Source: a virus. Taken from it: 64,000 nt of DNA. Under the pieces are notes generated by a model. It had not been told where the DNA came from and searched no databases. It saw only the letters and a list, made by a program, of their open reading frames with translations. The stretch is taken from positions 50,961-114,960 of IMG/VR virus record IMGVR_UViG_3300042882_000899; one strand, given 5' to 3'. Of the stretch, positions 43,803-54,300 are shown in pieces; position 1 is the first letter of the stretch; every line of letters begins with the position of its first letter. A program made the translations under genes and the position numbers.

Positions 43803-46800
43803 TATCTGTATCTACTGCAACGAGTGATCTTTTAAAAAAGGGATACGCCTTATCAACTTCTGCGGGGGCGACGCTAGAATATAATCTTAACTCTATGGTA
43901 GAGCATATATCTGCAAAAACAAATCCAGAGAGTATATCTAATCCTTATTCAAATGCTTTTAAGAAGCTATTTCCAATAGACACGATATATAAACCATTTA
44001 GGCCACTATCCCCAGGTATTAAATATTTAGTTAATACAATAGGCAATACAGATACCCCTTCAAATTCTTTTGAAAGACCAAGAGATCTTGATATGGGAAC
44101 AAAGCCTAGACTTTATTATCCTGGGCCAGATATGGTTTACAAATACTGGCTTGCCCCTAAAAATACGAATATTGATATTTCTTTAGAGTATTTTTCAGAT
44201 GAAGCAAAAACTACTGCTAAATTAATACCATCTAATAAAATAGTAGCCAGATTTGAAACTAGCCACGACACACCGACATTTTGGACTATATCTGCTGTTA
44301 AGCAGGATAACACTTTAATAACAGTTTCTGGTACCTCATTAAATTCAAGCGGGGAAGCAGTAATACATTTTAATGGTACTTCATGGTCAACAACTGAGCC
44401 ATCTACATATACTACAACTCAGTATATTAAAAAGGTTTCATTGCAAGCAGTTAACTCAAATACTGGAAAGTTAATAGGTGTCATAGAGCTTGTTCCAAAA
44501 TGGGTTCTGCCTGTAGACTCAGACATAGTATCATTTTCTGTGAATAAAGAAACAACTGCAGATGATAGCTCAATTGTTCCAGTTGGCATAATTACAGCGA
44601 ACTACTTGACTCTTTCTCTTATGAAGCCTCATACAACATCAAGATCTATTGTTGAATACAACACAAAAAATGCAATAGATAATACAAAAATTTATCTTTT
44701 TAAGAACACAATAGTTAAGCCACATGTAAACATTGGAAATGGAACAACATCTGAAAAAGCCCCCCAAGGCATATTCTATGTAAATTCATGGAACCTATCA
44801 GAGTTTGGAGATGCAACAGTAGAGGCAACAGATGCAGCAAAGATATTGCAGGACACACTTTGCCCACAGCTGCTAGTTCAGGATGCTCCAGTAACTTCTA
44901 TTATTAAAAGAGTTTTAGACTCAGTTGGATTTTCTACTTATAAAATTAATGTTAAAAAGGTTGATGGTAAAGTTGAAGACGACTCAATCCCATCATTAGC
45001 ATACTGGTGGTCTGAAGGAGATAAGACTGTGTGGGATGTTCTGCAGGAACTCTGTAGAGATATTCAAATGAATGCTTTTGTCGATGAGTACAACGTGCTT
45101 AATTTTTACAGCAGAAACTTTATATATGACACATCGGCACAAACTAAATGGGTATTTACTAGTGAAGAAATAAAAACTGGATCAGTTGTAGATTATGTCC
45201 CAAACATAATAAGCCTATCTTCCAGAGAAATTTTTTCTGCTAACCAGGTTAGAGTCAGATATTCAACAGCATTTGTTTCAACTAATCAGCAATCATCTCA
45301 ACCACTATGGACGTCTCCTGAGTCTTTTTTGGGAGCTGGAGCGTTAGCCACAGACATAAATGATGACACTGAAATTTTTCAGCTAAATCCAAACACTATA
45401 AACTCTGCAAGACCAGATAAAGTTTTAGATCAGTTTAGTGGATATGTTTTAATTAATGGGGAAATTATTGAATATGATGGCTTATGGTATCAGTATGTTC
45501 CATTATCTGGAGGGGCTCCAAGCAGAGTTCTCATAAAGAATCAGTCAGACATTTGGAAGTATTCAGCTTTGTCAAAGCCAGGTTATAAAAACTTTTACCC
45601 AACTGGAGAATATAATATAAAAACAAGAGGCGCTCTATCTACTCCAAAATCAGATCATAAAAAAGCATTAGATTCCTATATAAATAAATCTGGAGAGTCT
45701 GACCCAAACAAGTTTAATCTTTATAACATCACTTTAGCTACACCAGATACCGCAAAGTTAAAAGCTGGCGTAGGACAGATATCTTCTCCTGCACAGCCAG
45801 CTGGAGAGACTGTACAAAAAAGCTTCCTTGCCATATCAAACTTAGATAAAGATAAAAAAACATTTGATATAGCAGTCAAATCATTTAATTCGATAGATAC
45901 GTCTAAAGCTTTTTTTGCATGCGGCACTAGAATGTTTTTTGATAGTCAGCTCAATACCCCAGAGCAGGTTGGCGGAGTTGGATTTTGCCTGGACTCTACT
46001 GGAAAGAATGGTTACTACCTTTTAGTTAGAACAACAGCGTTTGCTGGTTTACAAAAGGATATAATGATAGTTAAGGTTAGAAATAATAAACTTACTGTTT
46101 TAAAAGATAGCCAACAGACTTCTACAAAAACACTAGCTGGTATTTATGCTGGGAGCTCTTACAATATAGATGTTTTAGTAAAGAGAGAGTCGATGGCAGG
46201 TAACACATTTAAAAACACTATCACTGTATTTATTAATGGATTTAAAATAACCGCAATTGATGCTGGTTCTGATTCTGTAAATGAATATATACCACCTACA
46301 ACAATTACTAAAAATGTAGGTTTGCATTGCGGGCAAGGCGTATCCTATTTTGAATATGTTTATGCAAAAAGCATAGACGAGGCGGAGTATAAAGAAAAAA
46401 GTTTAAATAAGGCTTACCAATATAACGGAGTATATTCAGACGACACAGTATCAATGCTTTATGGAGATATTATTTATAATGATGGGAATACTACCGTAGA
46501 CCAGAGTGGTAGCATAATTGAGTTTGGAACTGTAGCTAGAGAGATTAGAAAAGTAAAAGATTCTTATGATGAAAATAGACCAGCGGTCCCAATTCAGTTT
46601 AGAACTTCTATGAATAAATATGCCACTATCTTGGATCAAAGACTACAGCCTTTTACTGCAGAAGCGTATGTACTAAACAATACATCAACCTCAGTTATAC
46701 TTCACGATAATAACTACACAAGCTTTTACGTCCTTGGAAACTCTATTCAAAGGTCTGGAATTATTGATTACGATACAGACCAATCAAATGATTCAGAGAA

Positions 46801-47071
46801 TAAGGAGTCTGTAATTTTTGACTCATCATGGATTCAGTCAGAAGAAGATGCAAAATCTTTGGCAGAGTGGATTAAATCAAACAGCTTAAACAAAGGCAGA
46901 TTTGTTGATTTGAGGGTATTTGGAAATCCAGTATTATCTGCTGGAGATATTGTAAGTATAAATTATCCTATTTTAGGCATGTCTCCTAGTGATACTAAGT
47001 ATATAATAACAAGGTGCTCTTTAGAGTATTCGGAAGGAGTAAGTACCTCAATTTCGTGTAGAGCTATCTAA
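43799..47071 (+). CDS. Tail tip / baseplate hub protein
   Basis: ATGA-coupled start at 43799; GIFYVNSW, WDVLQELC..FVDEY, WIQSEEDAKSLAEW...GNPVLSAGDIV. Confidence 0.75.
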   Translation: MISVSTATSDLLKKGYALSTSAGATLEYNLNSMVEHISAKTNPESISNPYSNAFKKLFPIDTIYKPFRPLSPGIKYLVNTIGNTDTPSNSFERPRDLDMGTKPRLYYPGPDMVYKYWLAPKNTNIDISLEYFSDEAKTTAKLIPSNKIVARFETSHDTPTFWTISAVKQDNTLITVSGTSLNSSGEAVIHFNGTSWSTTEPSTYTTTQYIKKVSLQAVNSNTGKLIGVIELVPKWVLPVDSDIVSFSVNKETTADDSSIVPVGIITANYLTLSLMKPHTTSRSIVEYNTKNAIDNTKIYLFKNTIVKPHVNIGNGTTSEKAPQGIFYVNSWNLSEFGDATVEATDAAKILQDTLCPQLLVQDAPVTSIIKRVLDSVGFSTYKINVKKVDGKVEDDSIPSLAYWWSEGDKTVWDVLQELCRDIQMNAFVDEYNVLNFYSRNFIYDTSAQTKWVFTSEEIKTGSVVDYVPNIISLSSREIFSANQVRVRYSTAFVSTNQQSSQPLWTSPESFLGAGALATDINDDTEIFQLNPNTINSARPDKVLDQFSGYVLINGEIIEYDGLWYQYVPLSGGAPSRVLIKNQSDIWKYSALSKPGYKNFYPTGEYNIKTRGALSTPKSDHKKALDSYINKSGESDPNKFNLYNITLATPDTAKLKAGVGQISSPAQPAGETVQKSFLAISNLDKDKKTFDIAVKSFNSIDTSKAFFACGTRMFFDSQLNTPEQVGGVGFCLDSTGKNGYYLLVRTTAFAGLQKDIMIVKVRNNKLTVLKDSQQTSTKTLAGIYAGSSYNIDVLVKRESMAGNTFKNTITVFINGFKITAIDAGSDSVNEYIPPTTITKNVGLHCGQGVSYFEYVYAKSIDEAEYKEKSLNKAYQYNGVYSDDTVSMLYGDIIYNDGNTTVDQSGSIIEFGTVAREIRKVKDSYDENRPAVPIQFRTSMNKYATILDQRLQPFTAEAYVLNNTSTSVILHDNNYTSFYVLGNSIQRSGIIDYDTDQSNDSENKESVIFDSSWIQSEEDAKSLAEWIKSNSLNKGRFVDLRVFGNPVLSAGDIVSINYPILGMSPSDTKYIITRCSLEYSEGVSTSISCRAI

Positions 47072-47094
47072 TAACGTAATGGTATAATAAATAA

Positions 47095-47436
47095 ATGGGA
47101 ATTGAAGTAGGAAAGATACCAGTCATATTTGATGACGACCCACGCCTTGCCGCAGTCTGGAAGGGTGAGTCTGGTTTTGTTAGAACATCATCTGGGTCCT
47201 TTCCATTTTCACAATCTTCCTCTGGCGAGAATGACGGTGGAGACGATCCAGGAAATCCTAGCGGCAAAAGACCTCAGCTAAGTGATATTGTTTTAAAAGG
47301 ATTTGAGCTATATGAGGATGCTTCTGGAATGCAAAGAGCAAAAGCAAAATTTAGAATTTATAATTCAAGCGAAGAGCAAATAGATGGATTCCTTTACGCT
47401 ATAACTATTTCGGATACACAGGGAGGAAGATCTTGA
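47095..47436 (+). CDS. Minor tail protein (hypothetical)
   Basis: ORF track; ATG 6 nt after TGGTATAAT. Confidence 0.65.
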   Translation: MGIEVGKIPVIFDDDPRLAAVWKGESGFVRTSSGSFPFSQSSSGENDGGDDPGNPSGKRPQLSDIVLKGFELYEDASGMQRAKAKFRIYNSSEEQIDGFLYAITISDTQGGRS

Positions 47437-48293
47437 TAACTAAATTTGGTAAAAGATTCCTTTCTAATTTTGTTGCAGGCAATTCTTCATTTTCTTCAAA
47501 AGAAATGGCTCTTGGAATTGCAACAGAAACAGAGTATCCAGTGTTAGATACAAACTCAAGACTTGGATTTGAATTTTATAGAGTTCCAATTAGACAGGGC
47601 GGAATAGATATAGACTCTTCTGTTTCACCAGTAAAGTATACAATTATATACTCAGCTACAATTCCTACTAATATAGCAGGTAAGATAAATGAGATTGGAA
47701 TATACTCTGGACAATCATATTCTAGAAATCTTTATGAAAGCAAATTTATATCTAATTTTGAATTGCCATATGAGTGGAGCCCAGAGCCAACATTAGATCA
47801 ATCTGATTATAGAGTTGGAGATAGCTCTTTAATATTTACATCAAATGGGACGGCAGCAAGAGAGTATACATATTCTCTTAATAGCATAGACATATCTGGA
47901 TACAATCCATCTGACACACTATCATTTTCATACAAGGCAAATGACGCAAACCTATCTTCATTGAAAGTTAGGATGTATAGTTCAAATACTGATTATATAG
48001 AGTTCACATTTACTGGACACTCTGTTGGCAATAACATTAGATCAGTTAATATGTCCACAGGAGTTTCATCTGGTACATTTAACCCACAAAGTGTTGTTAA
48101 GCTGGGTATACTCGTTACACCAACTTCTGCACAAACATCAGTGTCTATGGACGGATTAAGAATTAATGATGAAGACACGTTTGATCCAGAGTATGGATTG
48201 ATTGCAAGATCGGTACTTGATTCAACAATGATTAAGGTAATTGGTAGAGAAGCAGCTATTGAATTTAAACTAGACCTATCGTTTGGAGACTAA
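47433..48293 (+). CDS. Minor tail / baseplate protein
   Basis: MITKFGKRF...ALGI...INEIGIY pattern of fibre-attachment proteins. Confidence 0.65.
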   Translation: MITKFGKRFLSNFVAGNSSFSSKEMALGIATETEYPVLDTNSRLGFEFYRVPIRQGGIDIDSSVSPVKYTIIYSATIPTNIAGKINEIGIYSGQSYSRNLYESKFISNFELPYEWSPEPTLDQSDYRVGDSSLIFTSNGTAAREYTYSLNSIDISGYNPSDTLSFSYKANDANLSSLKVRMYSSNTDYIEFTFTGHSVGNNIRSVNMSTGVSSGTFNPQSVVKLGILVTPTSAQTSVSMDGLRINDEDTFDPEYGLIARSVLDSTMIKVIGREAAIEFKLDLSFGD

Positions 48294-48294
48294 A

Positions 48295-51200
48295 ATGTCT
48301 GAACGGTATGAAGATCTAGGAATTACTCAGAGTCAAGACGGAGACTACTGGGACGTAGTCATACCAGACCTAGATTGCAGTACCAACTACGCATTGCAAG
48401 CTGCCTGGATTTTTAGCGATAAATCTTTAGGTACTAGCGAATTTTCTGATAGATTTAATTTCACAACCCCAGGACCATCTAGAGTTTGTCCAGCAAACGT
48501 TGCGGCAACTTGGGATGCAAAAGCTGGATTAAATGTAACGTGGCAAAAAAATGATACAAGGGTTAAGAACTATGTAATTAACTTACAAGCAGGTGGATAC
48601 ACTAGATCCTACTTAGTACCAGCTACTTCAGCACAAACAAACTACTCTTGGGTTCTAACTAGAGAAAATAATATATTTCAGTTTGGTGGAACATTTAGAA
48701 CATCATTTACTTCTTTTTCGATTCAAAGTGTTTACGGAGACGGCAGCTCAGATCAGTGCCCAGTAACAGTAGAGCCATTTGTAGATCTTGTATGTACCCA
48801 TGCGATACTAGACGCATCATGGAATGTTGTTAGTCAAAATAATGGAATATTGGTTTCTTGGCAGGATAGCGGAACGGCTTATGGAACTTACCGTGAAACT
48901 AGAGTTTATGTCTCTGAAAACAACAATCCGTATTCATGGGAACTTAAGTATACTGGAATAGGACCCGCATCCATCACACTTGATACGCTGGCTACAGTGT
49001 ATGTTAAGCTAAACCATCTTTCATATTCAGATTGTGAGTCTTTAAGCTCAAGCGTAAAAGAGGCAAAAGCATTTGACCCATTTGAGTTTGACGATACTCC
49101 TCCAGACCCAATTGTAAATCCTTCTGTTGCATGGAGTGGCTCAGACCTAATAGTTTCATTTTCAATGCCAGCTACAAACATACCGACATACGTTAAGTTT
49201 CATTTAACTTCATTAGGACAAACTGAGTATTTTGAAAAAACAATTTCTGGAGTGTCTGCAGGAGCTTCAACATCCGTAAAGATTAGTAGAGAAGAAATGA
49301 TAGAAGGATTTGGCTTTAGTCCATTATCATTTACTGGGGGGTACGCAACAGATTTAGATATTTACAGAAATGAAAATTTTACTCAAGTAAGCATATCTGG
49401 AATATCAGCTATAGTAAAACCAAATCTGCTACAGGGAATTACAACTACTATATCCGTAACTGGTTTATCTAATGGATATGTTGTCTCATCAAACTTAAAC
49501 GCAAAAGCTACTGGAATAAAAGTTTATCAAAGCTCTACGCAAAACGGAACCTACACCCTTGTAGCATCGTCCAACTCAAGCCCAGTTATTGTTTATGATG
49601 AAACAAATGCTGGCAACACTGTTTGGGTACAAGCTCAATGGACTTCAGAAAATGGCAACGCAGATATGTCAGTACCTGCTTCTGTTTTAATAATAGATGT
49701 TGCCTCACTATCCTTAATTGAAAATCCAGTTAAAATAAAAACAGATGGCTCTATATTTGCTGGAACCTTAGATTCAAACGATGAACCAGTTTTAACTGGC
49801 GCAAGAATGCTTATAAACAAACGAGGTTTATTTTTATACGATTCAAATGATACAAATGGAACAAATCCAACAACTCAAATAATTGGTGAAGAGAATGGAA
49901 TCACTGCAACATTTATTACAAAGAAAGCTAAAATAGCTAATTGGATAATATCTGAGAACAAGTTTGAGAATGTTTTAACTTCATCTACAAATACCTTTAC
50001 TGGAATTTCACCATCTGGAACCTATGCATTTTGGGCTGGAGCTGGAGTAGCTGGCGGATACTCACTAAATGCAAACGAAGATGCAAAATTTTCTGTAACA
50101 AAAGAAGGTGCTGTAACTGCAAGGAATATAAAGGTTCTTGGCGGACAGATATCTGTAGGGTCTAAATTTAGTGTAGACACACAAGGAAAAGTTGTAGCAA
50201 CAGATGCGGACCTATCTGGAGAAATTAAAGCAGCATCTGGAATACTTGGAAATTTAGCAATTGGCGGAACCATAAATGGAGTATCATATAGTGGACAACT
50301 TCTCATTGATGCTGGAAATGGATCTAAGGTAGAAATTGGAAAGTATACAAGTGGTGAAATAAACAATCCTTTAGTAGGATTTTCTGGAATACAAATTACT
50401 GGAGCAAACCAAAAGTACGTACAGCTTGATCCAGTTAGTGGAATTATTGCAAATAAAGGAACTATAGCTGGATGGACAATTGATAATACTTCAATAAACA
50501 AAGCTGGTAATGTCGGTCTGTTTGCAACAACAACCCCCACAGATGTTGCAATTTGGGCTGGAGGATCTAGAACAGTTAGTCCTAATTTTTCTGTTACCTA
50601 TGCTGGAAAAATGGTTGCAAGGGATGCCGTTCTTCGTGGAATGGTTCAGGCAGGAGAGGGCGGATTTGGAATATTAGAAGTTGATTCTACAACAGCAACT
50701 GGGTATAAAGTTTCTAACGGATGGACAATTGATTCTGCAAAAATAAAATCTACAAATACTTCTTCTCAAATAACTCTTGACGGACTTCAGGGTTCTATAG
50801 TTGGTGGAAACATTGTTGGCTCAAATCACTATTTTATGAGTCCATCTGCATGGACAACTGCTTATCCTGGGGAAGGAAGCGGTAACCCAGGAAATGTTGA
50901 CTATATATCTTCATCTGGTAATTTTAGACTTGCTAATGGAAAGCTAACATATGATGGAGATTCATTTAAGGTCCAAACAGATTTAGTTGCATCTAATATA
51001 TTTTTAGGTACGGCAGAAAGTTTTTCAAATGATTATATATTGGGAAAAAATACTACCATAGGTGGAGTTACAAAAAATGTTGGAAGCTTTAGCCTAGCAG
51101 GCGGAATGATGACTTATTCAAGTAATATTTTTCAAATAAATCAATCGAGAAACCCTAATTTTAAAATTTATTTAAATGTTGGTAATAATTTTGATGGCAC

Positions 51201-51381
51201 ATTTGGAGATCCAACAGTAGTTCAAGATGTTGAAACTGGAGAGCTTACAAGAGGAAGGTCTTTTTTTTACGGAGGAAATAATTACCCAGGAAGTACTACG
51301 GATAGAATACAGCATGCAGATGGAGATCAAGGCGGAGGCGCCTTCGTTAAGGGCGACATATGGTTAAGTAGGAAAGCATAA
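48295..51381 (+). CDS. Tail fibre / minor tail protein with Fn3-like domains
   Basis: Beta-rich N-terminal half; repeated IAGWTI and AKFSVT..G motifs; ends KGDIWL; ATG after GGAG. Confidence 0.7.
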   Translation: MSERYEDLGITQSQDGDYWDVVIPDLDCSTNYALQAAWIFSDKSLGTSEFSDRFNFTTPGPSRVCPANVAATWDAKAGLNVTWQKNDTRVKNYVINLQAGGYTRSYLVPATSAQTNYSWVLTRENNIFQFGGTFRTSFTSFSIQSVYGDGSSDQCPVTVEPFVDLVCTHAILDASWNVVSQNNGILVSWQDSGTAYGTYRETRVYVSENNNPYSWELKYTGIGPASITLDTLATVYVKLNHLSYSDCESLSSSVKEAKAFDPFEFDDTPPDPIVNPSVAWSGSDLIVSFSMPATNIPTYVKFHLTSLGQTEYFEKTISGVSAGASTSVKISREEMIEGFGFSPLSFTGGYATDLDIYRNENFTQVSISGISAIVKPNLLQGITTTISVTGLSNGYVVSSNLNAKATGIKVYQSSTQNGTYTLVASSNSSPVIVYDETNAGNTVWVQAQWTSENGNADMSVPASVLIIDVASLSLIENPVKIKTDGSIFAGTLDSNDEPVLTGARMLINKRGLFLYDSNDTNGTNPTTQIIGEENGITATFITKKAKIANWIISENKFENVLTSSTNTFTGISPSGTYAFWAGAGVAGGYSLNANEDAKFSVTKEGAVTARNIKVLGGQISVGSKFSVDTQGKVVATDADLSGEIKAASGILGNLAIGGTINGVSYSGQLLIDAGNGSKVEIGKYTSGEINNPLVGFSGIQITGANQKYVQLDPVSGIIANKGTIAGWTIDNTSINKAGNVGLFATTTPTDVAIWAGGSRTVSPNFSVTYAGKMVARDAVLRGMVQAGEGGFGILEVDSTTATGYKVSNGWTIDSAKIKSTNTSSQITLDGLQGSIVGGNIVGSNHYFMSPSAWTTAYPGEGSGNPGNVDYISSSGNFRLANGKLTYDGDSFKVQTDLVASNIFLGTAESFSNDYILGKNTTIGGVTKNVGSFSLAGGMMTYSSNIFQINQSRNPNFKIYLNVGNNFDGTFGDPTVVQDVETGELTRGRSFFYGGNNYPGSTTDRIQHADGDQGGGAFVKGDIWLSRKA

Positions 51382-54300
51382 ATGAGCTGGTGGAGAAAGT
51401 CAAATTTAGATGATGCTGGCAATCTTGATGGCTGGATAAAAATAAGAAGCATATGGAGAAAGACTAATATCGGTGATGCTGGCTCAACAGATGGCTGGCT
51501 AAAAATAAAAAGTGCCTGGAGATTTCAAGGGCTAAATGATTTAGGTGCTGGCATATGGTATAAAATTTTTGGATCTGAATCTCCTTATCCAAAAGAAAAC
51601 CCAAAACTTATATTTGTTTCTACGGATTCAAGCACATCTGAAACAGAATGTACTCAGCAAGACAAAATGTATGTTACAAGAGGCAAATGGTATGAAGAAC
51701 CAATATCATTTTTAATTAAAATACAAAAGTCTATAATTACAAATTGGGATGCACCAACAACATTAATTAGCCAAGAGCTTGAGTATTTAGAGTATAAGGA
51801 TTCAGATTATTTAGATGAAGTTCCTAAACTAGTTGCAGATAGACCAACAATAACACTAGATGACATTAAAAATAAAATAGGCTTTAGGGCACAAGTTGCA
51901 GCTGGTCAAGATGCTAATCCAACAGCAGATGACTACCTACTTGCAACCTCATGGTATCCAAGTGCTACAGGAATTTTCCCAAGACTTAATTTTGGGTTTA
52001 CTACATACAGCACTGGTGATCAAATAGTTGAAGATGAAACTCTAAGTATGCCAGAGTTTAAAATATTTGGATTTAAGTGGCAGTATTTAACATCATCTGC
52101 TGCATCATATCCAAATGGACAATACTTCCCGTCATCTAGAACTGATGAGTTTATTGGAAAGCAAATAATAGAGTTAACTGATTTTTATGGAACAAGAATT
52201 GGCGCATTGCAAAACGTAGATGTGTTGCCAAACCATCAGTATTCTGGAACCATATCTTACACCCAAGCTATGATAGATTCCAATGAAGATTACATAATAA
52301 ACGTCTATGCATTTGCAAAAGATTATTATTATAATGCTAGCAATTCTTTAGAGTCCCACTTAAATGATATGAATGAGACTCAAAGGATTGCGTCATATGT
52401 GTTTGTACCACCAAGAGAAATAGAAGACCCAGAAATTACTATATCTAATAGAACAAAAAGTTCTGTGGATATAAATTGGTATTCCCCAGATGCAGAAAGG
52501 TATAAAGTTGAATTAATAGATTCAATTACAGCAGATTCTTTGGGGGGATACCCAAAACTTTCAACTGAAGATGTTTCTGCCAGCCCTTTCGGTTTAACTG
52601 AAAATAGACTATATACTGTTTCAGTAACCGCACTTGCTGGAGAAAATGATAAATACAAAAGCGAGAGAGTCTCTAAAAGTTTTAGAACATTAAAAACTGG
52701 AATAGCCGCAGAGTTAGGAGTTCCTTACGATATAACTTCAACTGGATATAAGGTAAATATAGAAAATTGGAGTACAATAAGTTCATTTGATATAACCGTT
52801 TCCGCAACATTTGGGACAGCGTCAAGGTCTTCTGACGTTATATCTGTTACCAATGTTCCAGCAAATTCTAATTCATGTTTAACTGCTACAACTTCTAAAA
52901 TTGATAATGTAGATTTAACAGCCGTTTCATATGATTTTGCAGAGTCTTCTCCTGTATGTATAGTTATCGGAGGAACTTGGTATTGCTTAAATTTTGTTCC
53001 TGGCGGAGGGTGTTCTAAATCTATAGAACCTTATGACAAAACTTTAAGCGGTTCTGGATTTTCTATTAATTGTTCACAAACAGATCAATGCTGCCCATCT
53101 GTAGTTTTAGAGCCAAAAGTTTACACAGAATGGGTAATTGGATTGTGTACAGTTGCACCCGCAGATCCTCAAAGACCAAGAACTAGAACATGGACTCAGA
53201 TACAAAAAACAACTTCTCAAAATTGCGTTGTTACTAACGTAGAGCTATCTGGATCAGAAACAGAATATATTGATTGTTGTGTTCCAACATCCACACTTGG
53301 GGCTAAGACTTATGGGACACCAAATGATTGGGGTACATGCAATTTAAATACTGGACAAATCGGAAGAACGGTTCCGTGGACAGCAACAAGAACTAATTTT
53401 ACTAGAGACTGTACTACAACTACGACAGAAGAAAGCGGGCTTGAAGTTCAGTATAAAGATTGCTGCACTGCCAGCTCATCTTTAGGAACTAAAACTTATA
53501 GCGACTGGTCTCCATATGGCTCATGTATTCAAGGAGAGAGAGCGAGCTATAGAACTTGGACAGCTATTCAAACAAACAATACAATTAATTGTACTACTAC
53601 AACTAACGAAGTTAATGGAACAGAGTATAGGTACACCTCATGTTGTACTGCTGGCTGCACACTAGGAACAAAAACTTATGGAGATTGGTCTGCTTATGGA
53701 TCATGTGTTCAGGGGGAGAGAAGAAGACAAAGATCCTGGACAGCAATAAATACGTGTATAGATTCAAGCTGCAATATAATTTCTCAAAATGAATTAAATA
53801 GCGTTGAGTATGAGTATACATCATGCTGCGTACAGTCCTGTACTACTGGAGCTAAGACATACGGAGCCTGGACAGCATACGGTAGCTGTATACAAGGTCA
53901 ACGTGCCAGATCAAGAAGCTGGACAGCAACTGAATCATGTTTTACGACAAGTTGCACTAATACAACTGAAACAATTAGCGGTACCGATTTTGAGTATACT
54001 TCATGCTGTGTCCCAAGCAGCACTACTGGCACGAAAACTTACAGTGCTTGGTCTGCATACGGAAACTGTATCCAAGGAGAAAGGGCTCGATATAGAACTT
54101 GGACAGCCATACAAACCAATATTGATTCTAGTTGCAATAGCACAACCACAGAAGTTAACGGAACAGAATATGAGTACACTTCATGTTGTACTGCTGGTTG
54201 TACTACTGGTACAAAAGATTATAGCGCATGGGGATCATGGGGGTCTTGCAGTCAAGGGGAGCAAGCTAGAATTAGAACATGGACTGCGATTGAGACATGT